From Lingula anatina (taxonomy: Eukaryota; Animalia; Brachiopoda): 64,000 bases of DNA. Shown one piece after another: positions 30,301 through 42,913 of the stretch. A program made the position numbers and the translations under genes. Location: contig CM120643.1 of NCBI GenBank assembly GCA_051362555.1, positions 15,874,348 to 15,938,347 on the forward strand, in the 5' to 3' direction. Every line of letters starts with the position of its first letter. Position 1 is the stretch's first letter. The notes under the pieces are model-generated. The model was not told the origin of the DNA and ran no database searches. It saw only the letters and a program-made list of their open reading frames with translations.

Positions 30301-33044
30301 TTGCCTCCCTTTTATCTCCAAAACTGGCAGAGATAGGTCCATAGTTTCTATTGAACTTGAATATGAAGTCATATACTGGCAATTTAAATGTGACCTTGAA
30401 ATTGACCTTTGACCTACTTTTCACCATGAACTAAACTTTGCAAATTTTGCTTCCCTTTTATCTCCAAAAGTAGCAGAGATAGGTCCATAGTTACTATTGA
30501 ACTTGAATAGGAAGTCATATACTGGCAATCTAAGTGTGACCTTGAAATTGACCTTTGACCTACTTTTCACCATGAACTGAACTCTGCTAATTTCTTTCTC
30601 TTTTAACTCCAAACCTGGCAGAGATAGGTCCATAGTTACTATTGAAGTTGAATAGGAAGTCATATACTGGCAATTTACTGTGACCTTGAAATTGACCTTT
30701 GACCTACCTTACGATGAACTTAACTTTGATTGTACCATTTTAAGTTATATATATTTTTTGCGTATTTTGAAAATTCTTGTTGATTGCATTTTTATAGCTT
30801 GTCAAGCATAAAACTGGTGGCTGTGTCCCTTATTTTGTGTATGTGGGGGTCTATACAAATGCGCTTGCTCCAGCTGGTGGTACAATATTCGGAGGCGGTA
30901 TCGCCTCTCTGATCCTCTAGTTCTGAATATGATTTTCAGATTTGAGCATTAGTTAATATGCAGTATTACAGTTATGTTATGGATTTTTTTTCAACATTAC
31001 ACATATGTGATCATCTTCATACATTTTTTCAGTGGATGATACCCACAGTGAGAAATTCCATGCAGCCTTTCCACCACTCTAAGTGGTCCAGAATACTGGA
31101 GAGACTGCTGAAATTAGCAGTAAGTGTTAGGATGCAATATAGTTATTGTTTTATTTTCTAATTGTACATATGAAAGGTATTTCCTATATAAACAATTAAA
31201 GAAAAAAAAAAGATGAAACTTTAATTATGTCTTTTTTTATGACTTTTTAAAAAAAATCTTAAGGTATTGCCCTTTATGTGCCACACTGTTTATTCATTAC
31301 ATGAGTTCATTCATTACAAGCAAGGAACTGTTTGGCTAACACAGTGTAACTGCATGGAAATGCCTTCTTTACTACTTGGAAGTGATGGTTTTTTGTAGAC
31401 TTCTTATTTTCATTTGCTGTGCTCCTAAAAGTTCTGTTTTGCTTTAAATCATTTCCTCAATACTTAACAACAAATTTTTTCACTTATCTTAAAGACTTCC
31501 TTTAAGGCTGCAGGCTTGTATGAAAAGTTCTTGGTCCAGATTAATTTGTATTTGTCATATGTTACTTAATAATTGGAATGATTGGAAACCTGCTTCCAAG
31601 TCATTTCTTATATTTAGAAATTATTGTCGTTATTCAGACAAACCTTGAAGTCATACCAATATTAGGTTTTGTTTGACCAGCAGAGATACTGCTGATCAAT
31701 TACCCGAACACTGCTTTTAAAAGGGAAAAATCTATTTTATTTTTACATGTCAAAAATGCATTTTGCATTGGTCAAAATTTTGAAATTATACTGTTAAATT
31801 TAGCTTGGCATTGGGATTAAGGAAGAGTTTAATACCTTAAGACTGTGGTAAAAAAAAATCAGAAAAATGTATTGTAGTCTCATTGTGGGAGAATTTTCCC
31901 AAAACCATAGTCTGAAATTCATTAAGTCTTAGGTGGTCATATTTTGGGGAAATTTTTCTGAAAATAAGACAGTCATGGCCACTGACATTTTGGGGGAAAT
32001 CCTGAAGACTGGGATCTAAAATTCAGAAAATCTTGAGTAGTCATATTTTGGGGGGATTCCCCAGAACTCTTTATCTCAGTATTAAATAGAAATCAACTCA
32101 CTCTCTTGGGAAAGTTCTCTAAAGCTACAGTCTTAAATTTGAAAAGTATTAAGTAGTTACATGTTGGAGAAAATTCATCAAATCTACGGCCTGGAATAAC
32201 ATAAGACAATCATGCTTGGGCAATTTCCCCAAACCTTCTGTCAAAAATTCTGAAAATGTTTAATGACTGTAGTTACTTCTAAAGACCCCCCCCCTTTTTT
32301 TGTGCTGGGAAAAGGTCCACTCTAAATAAAATAAGGCTTCTTGACAAAAGGTCTACATTTTCAGAAAAAGAACCCCCCTTTTTGCAACTGCTGGCTACAG
32401 GCCTGCACGTGGTTAACAACTATGACACAGTAAGTAAAATATTAGAAGCTATCTCATATTGAGAATACATAAAACATTTGAACTTAATTTTGAGAAATGA
32501 AAGAAAAAAAAACTCTGTATTGTTCAAGATAGAGCAAAATTACAAATCCTATTAACAAGACTTAGAATCATCAGTCACAGATTGCCTGGACAAAGAAAAC
32601 CAACACCAGTTAAAAACAAAAATTTTGTCGGGGGTAAATTTATTTCAGTTATAATACATATTCATGCTATAAAACTATTCTTATACCATAATTTGGAAAT
32701 TTATTTAAAATGTAATTGGTCTGAAATTTCTATAATATCTGTATTGTGTTTGGGGAATTTTCCCTAAATTGTTATCTGGTAATGATTTTTTCATTTTGAG
32801 GAAATATCCCAAAATGTGACTGCTGAAAGTTTTCAGATTTAAGACATTCTGTTTGGGGAATTTTCCTCAAATGTCAACACACCACTGATTTTAAGGCATA
32901 AATTTTGAGAAAATTTCCCCAAAATGTATGTTGTAGGGAATTCTGATTTTGAAACCGAAATATTGGTGAATTTTCTCCAATATATCAGTTGGTCACGATT
33001 TTTATTATCATCATTGTCTTATGGAAGTGTAGGAGAGCATATCC

Positions 33045-33087
<43 letters not shown>

Positions 33088-36000
33088 ATATATATTGGTA
33101 AAACAGTGTTCATATTTTTCAGATTCCAAACCACCTGATCTGGCTGATGTTCTTCTACTGGTTTTTCCACTCCTGTCTTAATGTGGTGGCAGAACTACTG
33201 AGATTTGGTGACAGGGAATTTTATAGGGATTGGTGGTAAGATCACATTCAGCTGACAGTGACAAGAATTTTTTCAATAAGGCCACACTTTTTTATTTTTA
33301 TGGATGACATCCTCTGGGTACCCCAAAATCGGTGCGAGAGGGCGAAAAAAAAAAAAAAAAACTGTCCAAAAAAAAAAAAAAAAAAAAAATACTGCTTAAG
33401 TAAAGGAATGCTGTCAGTACACAGCTGGAAACAAATTTTACCACAGAAACACGTATCAAACTAACAATATATCTTTATCCATACTCTCAAAATATTAAAG
33501 CATTGTGAATACTTCGTAGAAATGTAAAAAAAAAAAAAAAAGTCATGATTAGATATAGCCTACTTCATATTACCAAATCTATTTAAAGACAGTCTCAGCG
33601 CGTTAAACCCTTAAAATAGCACGAAAATGAATTTTCCTGGAAAACTCACCAATTTCCCCATAATGACCAAGGTATATCCTATCCAAAACCGTTCAGAAAA
33701 TAAAGCTACCTAATACCGTTTTTAAGTTCCATTAAATAATAAAAGACGACTCGTCTTAAATACTCAGCTACCACCTCACAGTACGGCTTCAGAACGCGCA
33801 ATTTCTCGCTAAGTCTCGCGGTTTACTATGAATGAAGTACTACGGCTGAGACCCGGATGTTACTATTTGGCGCCAAAACAGCAAACATGGCTCAGACGCG
33901 CGTCAAGTCTGAACAGGAGAGCGACAAAAGGGGGCAAAAGAAAATAGCCACTCCAGTTCGAAAGATACGAAAGAAAATTAGAGACAGACGAAGAAGCACT
34001 CAGACTGTGTATGTTGGGAGGGAGGTGGGGCGGTGGAGGACACTTAAAGCTGAGTTAGGACTCACATACGAGGCAATGGCGAAACTACTCCTCGACACGT
34101 GAGTATGCGCTTCACAGGTCTCAAGTGTGTCTGATTATCATATTATCCTGTTCACAATAAATGACAATATTTGTGCTCATACAAAGTTGGTTACGTGTAT
34201 AAGAGTGTTTTGGGCTTTACGTTTTCTGTTTTTGATCGGTACATGTACCGAAAAGATGGACAGGCGGCACTTACATGTCTGACAAGTTTCGCTGTGTAGT
34301 CGTGACGTCTATCTCATTCTGACTGAAGCCTGCTGTGATTGGTCGTAAACGTGGGAAAATCGAGGTCGTGACCTTGAGCCGGAAGTACTTCTGGCTGTGC
34401 TCCGAAATCATGATAAATAGTTTTCGTTTTCTAATTCTTTATTCTAGTTGTCTTAACAGGACTTTTGTGACCCAGACTTATTCATATAATAATAAACAAT
34501 CTCCCAAAACACAAATCTGATCAAAGTTTTACATAGAACCTGCTTCTATACATTAATCTAACCCACTGAGTTGTCCTTTAAGGTTATTTCATGCATTTAG
34601 TTGGTATAGCTATCAATAAAACAAATATCAATCAAACAGCTTGTCTTTATTTGTATTCTCATAATATTAAAGCATTTTGAACACTTCACAGAAATATTTA
34701 AAAAATGATGCAAAGATATGCTTAATACTACCAAATCTATTAAAGGTCATTTCGGACGATGCCATTTTGTCTACTTCGACTCACACGAAGCAGCCAAACT
34801 GTCAGGTGGCCTGTCCGACCTTCAGCCCACCAAATACCTCAACGCCCTTGTCGACCCTTTTTTCAATACAGAAAACCTGGTATTAATGTGCTGCTTTGTA
34901 CAGAATGTCACAGAAATTTTTCCGGCGATAATCGCTGGCCGCCGCCAGCCTTTCGCACAACTGTAAAAATGTGATATCTCCATGCCCAATATCAATGGCA
35001 TACCAATCCAAAATGACGGCGCCCGTTCTCTTTGTCTTTTATTGTTGTGTAATTTGAAAGTAATCCTAGAGATGAATTTGACGGCAAAGCGGCCACATTT
35101 CCACGTGGCGATAATAGGCATGCGCAGAAAGCTCATTTACCGACTTCGTTGGGGGCTTGGGGGGGATTTTTTTTTTTTTTTTCTTTTGAGAACGGGCGAA
35201 AATCGGTGCGCGCGCAGGATGTCATCCATAAAAATAAAAAAGTGTGGCCTAATACACTAATATTTAGCTACAAGGCTCCCCTGTACTTATTGAATGTTGA
35301 CGGATTTTTTTCAGGTTGCAATCATGATAGGTGTATCTGTAATATAATTTTTTTTTGTAAGTTCTTTGGCACTCCCTCTACCCAGTTTATTAACTTCACT
35401 GATTTTACTCTGGTCAGATTTGGTCTATACATTTTTATGCTTACTTTTTACAGGAATTCAGAAAGTGTGAATGAATTTTGGAAGAACTGGAATGTCCCAG
35501 TGCATCGGTGGGCCACAAGGTGGTGACTTAACTCCATTATTTTTTTCAAATCAATTCACAATTTAATGAAAACTACAACAACTTGACTGACAAAATGAAA
35601 AAAAAAAAAAAAACATTTTCAATAATATAAATACTTAAACATTATTTTATTATATTAATAAACTTTTTATGTACAGACACAGATGTGTCTGTACATATAG
35701 CCGTCATCTGCGTCTGTCGTCACCGTCGCTGTCGCCGTGCACTTTTACCGATAACACGATAAGTGGAAAACTGTTTTTTCTTTTGGCTTGAAACTTACAG
35801 AACTGAAGAATATTCGTAATACGCAGGTCAAGTTCGAAAATCAGCATGATCGGGTCACTAATAGGGAATTTATGCTGTTTTTTCACTTTTTTCAGCATAT
35901 ATGCAGCACCGATAACACGATAAGTGGAAAACCATTTTACCTTTTGGCTTGAAACTCACAGAACTGATGAATATTCATAATACGCAGGTCAAGTTCGAAA

Positions 36001-37619
36001 ATCAGCATGATCGGGTCACTTATAGGGAATTTATGCTGTTTTTTCACTTTTTTCAGCATATATGCAGCACCGATAACACGATAAGTGGAAAACAATTTTA
36101 CCTTTTGGCTTGAAACTTACAGAACTGATGTATATTCATAATACGCAGGTCAAGTTCGAAAATCGGCATGATTGGGTCATTTTTAGGGAAGTTATGCTGT
36201 TTTTCACTTTTTTCAGCATGTATGCAACACCTTTGTGCTATATGATGGTACTGTATGGATGTCAGTCTATAAAATTGTCCCTTGGGTGATCACTAATTAA
36301 ATTAAGGTCTATAAAGTCACTTGCCTACTCATTAATTTTCAATTGGCCATTAAATGAGATTACATAAAAGACTCCTTGAGATTTCCCTGTAAAGTCCCAT
36401 AGGTTTAGCTCTCTTAACTGTGTCACAAAATTAGGATTTGGTGATAATTGTGCAGATAAATGGTGTTTAACATTGCAAATAAATTTACAACAAAAAGAAT
36501 GTGTTATGCCAACATGCTATAGATGAATAACAGTGCTTTATTTTTCTCAAACTTGGTGGGGTTATTAATATCAAGTTAATACAGCTACTAGTAGATTAAA
36601 AGTTTGAATAGCAGCTTTATTGGAATTTTTTACGTTTTATTTAAAATTTTTTCAAATTATTTTTTAAACACTAGTATCTTCAAGATGTGATTTTTTACTC
36701 CCATCCACCAGAAGTGCTGTGCATTTTCTGTATTTTTGTATATAATTGTTATTTCTTCAGATTTAATTCTTAGGCATGTTAACAGTCTCATTATGGAACT
36801 AATAAGATATGTAAAAGTGTTGTTTTGACATTTTCTGCTTCTTAACAATATTGTTAGTTGATTATATAAAAATGATGGTAAACCTGTTATAATATTGTGC
36901 ATTGTGTAATAAAGTATCATAAATGGAAAGGAACTCATCATTGCAGTTTGTCAGATTTAATCATTCACTATGTTCAGCATCTGCAAATGGAGCAAATTGG
37001 ACATTGAAAATTGTTCTATTGATATTTTTCCTATGTCAACAATTTTCCTAGTTGAACATTTAAAAATGACAGTTTATTGATCATTTTGTTTTAAAAAAGG
37101 TGTTGAAAATGGAAAGAAAATCATTTCAGTACAGTTATCTCTTGTTTACATTTTGGCATTTTGAAAGTGTGACTCTGAACTTCCAAGGCCTTGAAGACCT
37201 TCCCAAATCACATTTTCTGAATATTCATGATACTTTTATTTTTTTATAAAAAATTTGATGGTCATTATGCTGTTAAGTATTGAGTTTTATTGCATGAAAG
37301 TTGAAGAAAACCCTATTTTGGACACTGCTGCCAGGATAGCGATTAAGGGAAAACCATGTTACTTACGATACTGAAGTTACTGGAAGTTTCATAAGACAGA
37401 AGTGCAGCTTGTGTTTGAAAACCAGTGTGATTGTTTTCTGTTTTGGAAGCAATGCAGTTTTATAGAGTGCTATACTGGCATTTTCAAGTTGTGACTTATC
37501 ACTCCCATCTGCCAGGAGCCCTGTACTCTTACTTTGTAACATTTTCTGTATTTTGTTAAGTTACAAGAATGATTCTTAGGATTGACATACAGCAAAAAAA
37601 AAAAAAATTAATAATAATA

Positions 37620-37685
<66 letters not shown>

Positions 37686-39110
37686 AATGAGTTTAAGCAA
37701 TTTTTTTTTTGTGTGTAATTTTCACTGTACCTCATTCTGGCATTTCGAAAGTTTAACTCTTCTCAGCCTGACACCTTAGGGACTATTTCCAGACCCTATC
37801 ACGCTAACTGTGGATCGATCTATCTCCATGGGAATTCTCGCTAAATTGCAATCAATGTAAGTGGCTTAGTTGTCTGTCACGCCTACTGAAACTGGCATGC
37901 CAGAATCCTGAGACTCAAACTGAAAGCAATTTAGTGAGAAACCCCTTGGAGTTGGATTGATCCTGTTAGATTGATCTAGGTATGGGAACTTAGTCTAATG
38001 CTTGATACACATTTTACTTTCATCCTAATCCAATGTTATGCAGAATAAGAATTTGATGTTGGCTATGCAGTTACAGTAAGCATAATACATTAGTTCATCA
38101 GAATTGACAGTATCCTATTTCCTGCGTTTTTATTTTCTGGTTTTTGTCTGTACATTTGACAGCTTTGCTGCCTTGTTTATGTTACAATTAAGATATGTTA
38201 TTTTGAAGAGAATCATGTTCAATTTTGAGAGATATATTTTGAAATATATTCTCAATGGAATCTTTTCCCTTGCAGACATCTGTACAAACCCATGGTCAGC
38301 AGGGGCTTCAACAAACTTTACGCTTCAATTGTTGTGTTTCTTGTGTCAGCATTTTTCCATGAGGTAAGCAAAGGCGCGTACATATGAAAACATCAGAATT
38401 TATTTGGATTGCACATGACAAGTCTCTGTACATCTAAAATGCATGATTAATGATACACCTTTCAATTTGAGCTAGACCAGTTTGAAAGCAATGTTTGAAG
38501 AGCAGAAACCAATAAGTAAATTTTTTTACATCAGAATGAATCCATCTTAAAGATAACCCATGCTTATTGGTTTTGAATTGTAAGTTATAATAATTGTTCT
38601 CATTGCAGTATATGGATATAGACTATGTATATATTTCTAATGTGTTTATTGTCTTGACCTCCAGTACTTGGTCAGTGTGCCCCTGAAGATGTTCCGTGTC
38701 TGGGCTTTTATGGCTATGGCTGGACAGGTAAAGACAATGGGCAGAGCACAGAACTAGGAACATATTTTTAACAGCAGTATTTTATTAATTTTTAACATTA
38801 ACAAAAAAAAAAAAAAAAAAAAAAAAAAAAACACTTACACTTGAAATGATTAGACAAAATCTTTAATGACAATGACCCTTTTAAATATAATAGTTTCTCT
38901 GTTCACTATTATCCATTAAATGTAATTTATCATTTCCAGATTCCATTTGCACTTTTTGTCTCCAAGTTCTTACATGGCCAGTATGGCAACATGGCGGTGT
39001 GGGTATCCCTCATCATTGGACAGCCACTGGCCATTCTCATGTACTTCCACGACTACTTTGTGATGCGGAACACGGACATCCCTGGAGTCACCAATCCTAT
39101 TACACAGTAG
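15301..39110 (+). CDS. DGAT1: Diacylglycerol O-acyltransferase 1 (MBOAT family)
   Basis: Exons 15301-15401 (or 15737-16110), 17725-17812, 22361-22401, 22899-22984, 23253-23305, 23868-23970, 25013-25168 or 25592-25741, 26250-26315, 26819-26922, 27982-28020, 31033-31119, 33123-33235, 35454-35519, 38276-38363, 38665-38727, 38940-39110. All GT-AG and in phase. DGAT1 motifs [58 protein letters not shown] (catalytic His), YFHDY. Confidence 0.96.
15737..16110 (+). CDS. DGAT1: DGAT1 candidate alternative first coding exon (1b)
   Basis: 124-codon ATG-initiated ORF ending GT|GTAAGC in phase 2, the same phase as exon 1a. Splices in frame to exon 2 (..[14 protein letters not shown]). Confidence 0.65.
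25013..25168 (+). CDS. DGAT1: DGAT1 exon 7a (duplicated exon)
   Basis: TAG|TTTTCTCA..GCAG|GTATTA; [27 protein letters not shown]..; phase 1/1, 156 nt. A second same-phase donor exists at 25180. Confidence 0.85.
25592..25741 (+). CDS. DGAT1: DGAT1 exon 7b (duplicated exon)
   Basis: TAG|TTTTCAGT..TTGG|GTAGGT; [27 protein letters not shown]..; phase 1/1, 150 nt. Confidence 0.85.
27088..27301 (+). mobile_element. MITE family A, copy 2
   Basis: TAA|GACCCCATTCCCAGA...TCTGGGAATACGCCC|TAA. TAA TSD. Highly similar to 5096-5306. Confidence 0.85.
28131..30922 (+). mobile_element. Helentron-associated (HINE-like) non-autonomous element carrying a 146-bp satellite array and a 1028-bp internal duplication
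   Basis: 5' TTGTACCACCAGC with a palindromic partner and a microsatellite-like tract. 3' GCTGGTGGTACAA subterminal IR, hairpin GAGGCGGTATCGCCTC, end CTAGTT. Units start at about 29141, 29287, 29433, 29578, 29724 and 30169, 30315, 30461, 30607. Segment 28850-29877 is repeated from 29878. Confidence 0.75.
31840..32990. repeat. Degenerate short repeats (TTTTGGGG(G)AAATTTTCCC-like) in two oppositely oriented blocks
   Basis: Motif recurs about every 55 bp at 31880-32235 and again, inverted, at 32740-32985. Confidence 0.45.
33280..35249. mobile_element. Non-autonomous PIF/Harbinger-like DNA transposon
   Basis: 34-bp perfect TIR GGCCACACTTTTTTATTTTTATGGATGACATCCT, TAA TSD on both sides. Confidence 0.88.
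33587..34577 (+). mobile_element. Nested TTAA-flanked (Kolobok-like) non-autonomous element carrying a coding exon
   Basis: TTAA|AGACAGTCTCAGCGCGTTA ... CTAACCCACTGAGTTGTCCT|TTAA. Removing it restores TACCAAATCTATTTAAGGTTATTTC, which resembles the host's internal repeat TACCAAATCTATTAAAGGTCATTTC near 34730. ATG at 33887, donor GTGAGT at 34099. Confidence 0.7.
35664..36300 (+). mobile_element. HINE/pearl-like element with 3 tandem 161-bp units
   Basis: 5' palindrome ATGTACAGACAC-AGAT-GTGTCTGTACAT and a (GTC)-rich tract. CCGATAACACGATAAGTGGAAAA recurs at about 35748, 35909 and 36070. Confidence 0.7.
37623..37682. repeat. (AT)n microsatellite
   Basis: About 30 AT units. Confidence 0.9.
37779..37995 (-). 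mobile_element. MITE family A, diverged inverted copy
   Basis: Ends ..GATTGATCTAGGTATGGGAACTTAGTC|TAA. Internal GTCACGCCTACTGAA matches the reverse complement of the family core. Confidence 0.55.
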
Positions 39111-41825
39111 TGGCTACCTCAACACTTGCCCTTGCAGACTTAAGAGATTAAGATTGAAGAATTGCATTAGGGGTGGTAAAATATTTAATAGTATTATTAG
39201 AAAGGACAGAAGTTAACAATAAAAAAACTATTTTTAGGAGAATGGATTATGGAAAAGTGATTAATTGTTTAATGTACCATTGGTTTGGGGGAAAATGAAC
39301 AGTACTGATTAAAATGGTTTACATGTAGGAAGGAATTGAAAAGATTTAAGTTTGTTCTGACACATTTTGATCACTGAAATAGCCCAGGTAATGGTTGTAA
39401 GGGTTTTTAAAAGATTATATTTCTGTGGAAAGCTATTAAGACAAATGTCTGTATTAAGAAAGGGTGCACCTGTACTAAATTGTATAAAAAAACTAGATTT
39501 TACTGTGAAATTAAATTGTTAATTAAATGATTATATTATTACATGACATAGATTGTTTGCTCATTTATCATTGCACATATATATTGTTGCAATTGACTGA
39601 AACGTGAGAACTGTCTTTAAAAAGAATAATGGGGTTTGTTTTTCTGAACAAATGCATACATGTTTGATAAATGATATATTGGGGATGGGAGGGGGAATCC
39701 ATAAGAAAGGTCAGCACTCGTAGCTTCATGGCAACAAATGGTAACCAATTTTTAAAGATTGTTTTTATCAAAAATGATGTACAAAAGGTATTTATTATGG
39801 ACAGACACAATGTGACTGAACATATAGCCATCGCCTGCATTTGTTTTTGCTGTTGGCTTGGCCTTGGACTTTCTTCAATTTTTGCTTGAAAACACTGCTA
39901 GTTATTCTTTAACTTAAAGGAAGGAATGATTGATAGGACAATATACAGCTCATGATAAGTTTGAATGCCAGCCTGATTTTACTATTATGATTTCTTTTCT
40001 TTGTTTTTTTTTTTGTGTTGTTTTCCTTCTTTTTTTCTTGTTTTTATGTGGCTTTGAATTTTCATGGGTCTGAAACCCTGTGCTGGTAATATTTTCTGAA
40101 AGTCTGCTGTAACAGAAGCAATAATTTCACATTTGTTGTGATTGTGCTCGTAAGAATTAAGTAATATTTCATCAAAGTTGTTGAAGACGTGTTTTGTGAA
40201 CAACCATTGCTTTAAAAATTGGTTGTTCATATTAAGTCTGTTTCAGTGACATTGCTTCTAAGAGCTGCCTCATTTTTGTGTCTGTCAATTTGACGGCAAT
40301 GCTGCCTCTTTATTTGTATGTATATTTGTATGTATGATTAAAATTTATAAGAAATGCTTACAAGTATCATGTTTAGGGATAAACTACTTTAGATCCATGT
40401 GTATCCTAAAGTTTTCAATTTAAAGATGTTAAATAATGATAAAAAGTGTTTATTTGCTGTAGCAAAGTATGTCATTTTAATGCTATAATATAGATAATGG
40501 TTATAATGTTTAAATTAACTACAACCATGAAATGTTTTGTATATTTAGTTTAAATCCGTAATGATATTTTCAATCATGCACAATATTTAGTAGTAAGATG
40601 AAATTTTTTTGTAATAGACTGTCTTGTATTGGATATGGTGTTATGTTCAGTGTGATTTTCTGTCTTATTATGCTTCCAATACAATTAATGTTTCTACTTC
40701 ATGTATGTTCAATTGAATCTAAAAGCAGTATTTTATCAGCTCAGTCAACTGTTGTGAGTTTACAGCAGATCAGTAAAGAATTGTGGTAGCAGCCAGCAAA
40801 GTTGTACATCTTAAGATTAGTGAACAACGGTTTTGTGGATTATAGTATGACAGATTTGTTACCTGCCCGTATATGTAGGGCATGAATCAGTTCTAGAGAA
40901 CATCCTATTAATAGCTCATATTCTAAATTTCATCTGTCTAGAATTCAGCCAACTAAAACATAACTTGGATTCTAGCCTAATAAATCTTTTTTTTCCAAGT
41001 AATGAAGTGTTTTTGAGATTTGCTCATCTTTCACAAACTTGCATTTTTCAGGTTAAATCTTCTGGATGTCAAGAGTCATGTATGGTGCAAAACTGGAAAT
41101 TGGTAATGACTATGCTATAACAACCTATTTAATATTGCATCAAAAAAAAAAAAAATTTGTGCTATGACATCATTGAGTCAATGGTTGACCTTTATTCATC
41201 CTTTATATGTCTGCCCATTTGGAAGCTTTGATGTCTTGTCAAAGAATTGCTAAGAAAACATTTCTGTAGGTAATATACCTAACTGATTAATTTTATGAGA
41301 GCAAGCTGCCCTGAAAAAATAATAATCATTCATATGATGAAAAGGTGATGTTAGTATTAGACCTGTAAGATAAGTACAGTAACAGTGTACTTGCAGGCAA
41401 ATTTATAAAAGTGCTGTGAAATTTTGAAGCTTGCTTTAGCTTCGGAAAATGTGGAAATGTTAATGTTAAAAAGGATAGAATTATAAGTCTGTTAAAATAA
41501 TAGACAAATTTTTCACTTGCATTGAGCATAGCAAAGATTTTGTTGTAAGTGCATCGCTTTGTGAGATTGTGTGCATGATTAGAAGATTATTATAAGTTAG
41601 TTATGTGGTTGGTTGATTGCTACCACAGCGAACTGTGGGAACTAGTGATCTGTTCTTGTAAAAGAATTATATGCCAGTGATGCGAAATAAATATCACTTT
41701 TAATACAAATGCTCTTTACGTATATGATTTAGAAATATGAATTCAAAATCCTAGGTCTGCATTTACTAATTTACCTTGGAAAGAGAAGCAACTGCCAGGA
41801 CTCCTGATCTTATAGATGTTTACCT

Positions 41826-42060
41826 TATTATGTACAGACACTGTCTGTATATTTTCTAATTGGTCTGTCTGTTCGTGTCGTCGCCGTTACTGTCACTGTC
41901 CGACATATGATGTTTGCTTCATAACTTCCAAACTGTATTTTTGTTTTACGTTATATTTACTGAGTGGCTTTGTTTGGTAAAGAGGCAGATTGCTTTTGAA
42001 AATCGGCATGATCGGTTTGCATTTAGGATCATTGTTCCACCAAAATATTCGCATTCTGTT
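41826..42060 (+). mobile_element. Diverged relative of the 35664 element
   Basis: TTATGTACAGACACTGTCTGTATA, a GTC-rich tract, and GAAAATCGGCATGATCGG shared with the 161-bp unit. Confidence 0.5.
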
Positions 42061-42868
42061 TTTAACCTGAAAGTAAGTATGCAGTGATCTAAGCAGAGAG
42101 AAGTGCATCTTACATATATCTATATTATTACTTAATCTTGAAGTTAGCTGATCCAGCTTGTTTGAGTTAAGCCACTTCCAAAACCCTAAAACAAGCTGTC
42201 AATTGGCAGTCTGGCTATGTTTATGTAGATTGATGCATGATATTCGTCCAGACTGTTCAATAAAGACCTTAGTTTTTTTGTTTTTTTTTTATGTCACAGA
42301 AAAATATCCAATTACTGAAAACATTCAAATAAATTGTGCATGTAATTCAAAAATTTATTTGCTAAAATTATCTTGGCTATTTGGCAGAGAAGGAATGGTA
42401 CTTTACAGCACTCATTAATCATACTCATCAATTATTAAAGCAGAAATTTACAAAATATTGTCCCACAAATGACAAAAAATAGATTACTAGAACAATTAAT
42501 TATATAATTAAAGAATAAGCATACATATATGTTTATTTCCAGTTTGCCGAATGCTTGTCTGCCTAATGCTTGTTCTATCCTTACAGAAAATTAGGCAGAT
42601 CAATTTTTTGTATATTTGTTTAGTTCTGTGCCTTTATTCTCTCGTGGTATGTGCATTATATTCATTCAGTGTTAAAATAAAGTCGTTTCTGCAATCGTGA
42701 TAAATGGTCATCTAATGCCTAGTATATACATGATGGTCTAGCTAACATTGCTTTTACAGGGTAGTGTCTATAGAAGTCTGGAACTAGACACATACATATA
42801 CATATATTGATTTTGATTTTATTCAATTTCTTCCCCCCCCCAAAAAAAAAAAAAAAAAAACAAACAAA

Positions 42869-42871
<3 letters not shown>

Positions 42872-42911
<40 letters not shown>
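42872..42911. repeat. (CA)n microsatellite (others at 33046-33081, 43914-43942, 45129-45154)
   Basis: Direct observation. Confidence 0.9.

Positions 42912-42913
<2 letters not shown>

Noticed and set aside
29141-30720. CRISPR-like regular repeats
   Set aside because: These are contiguous tandem units without unique spacers, in a eukaryotic intron.
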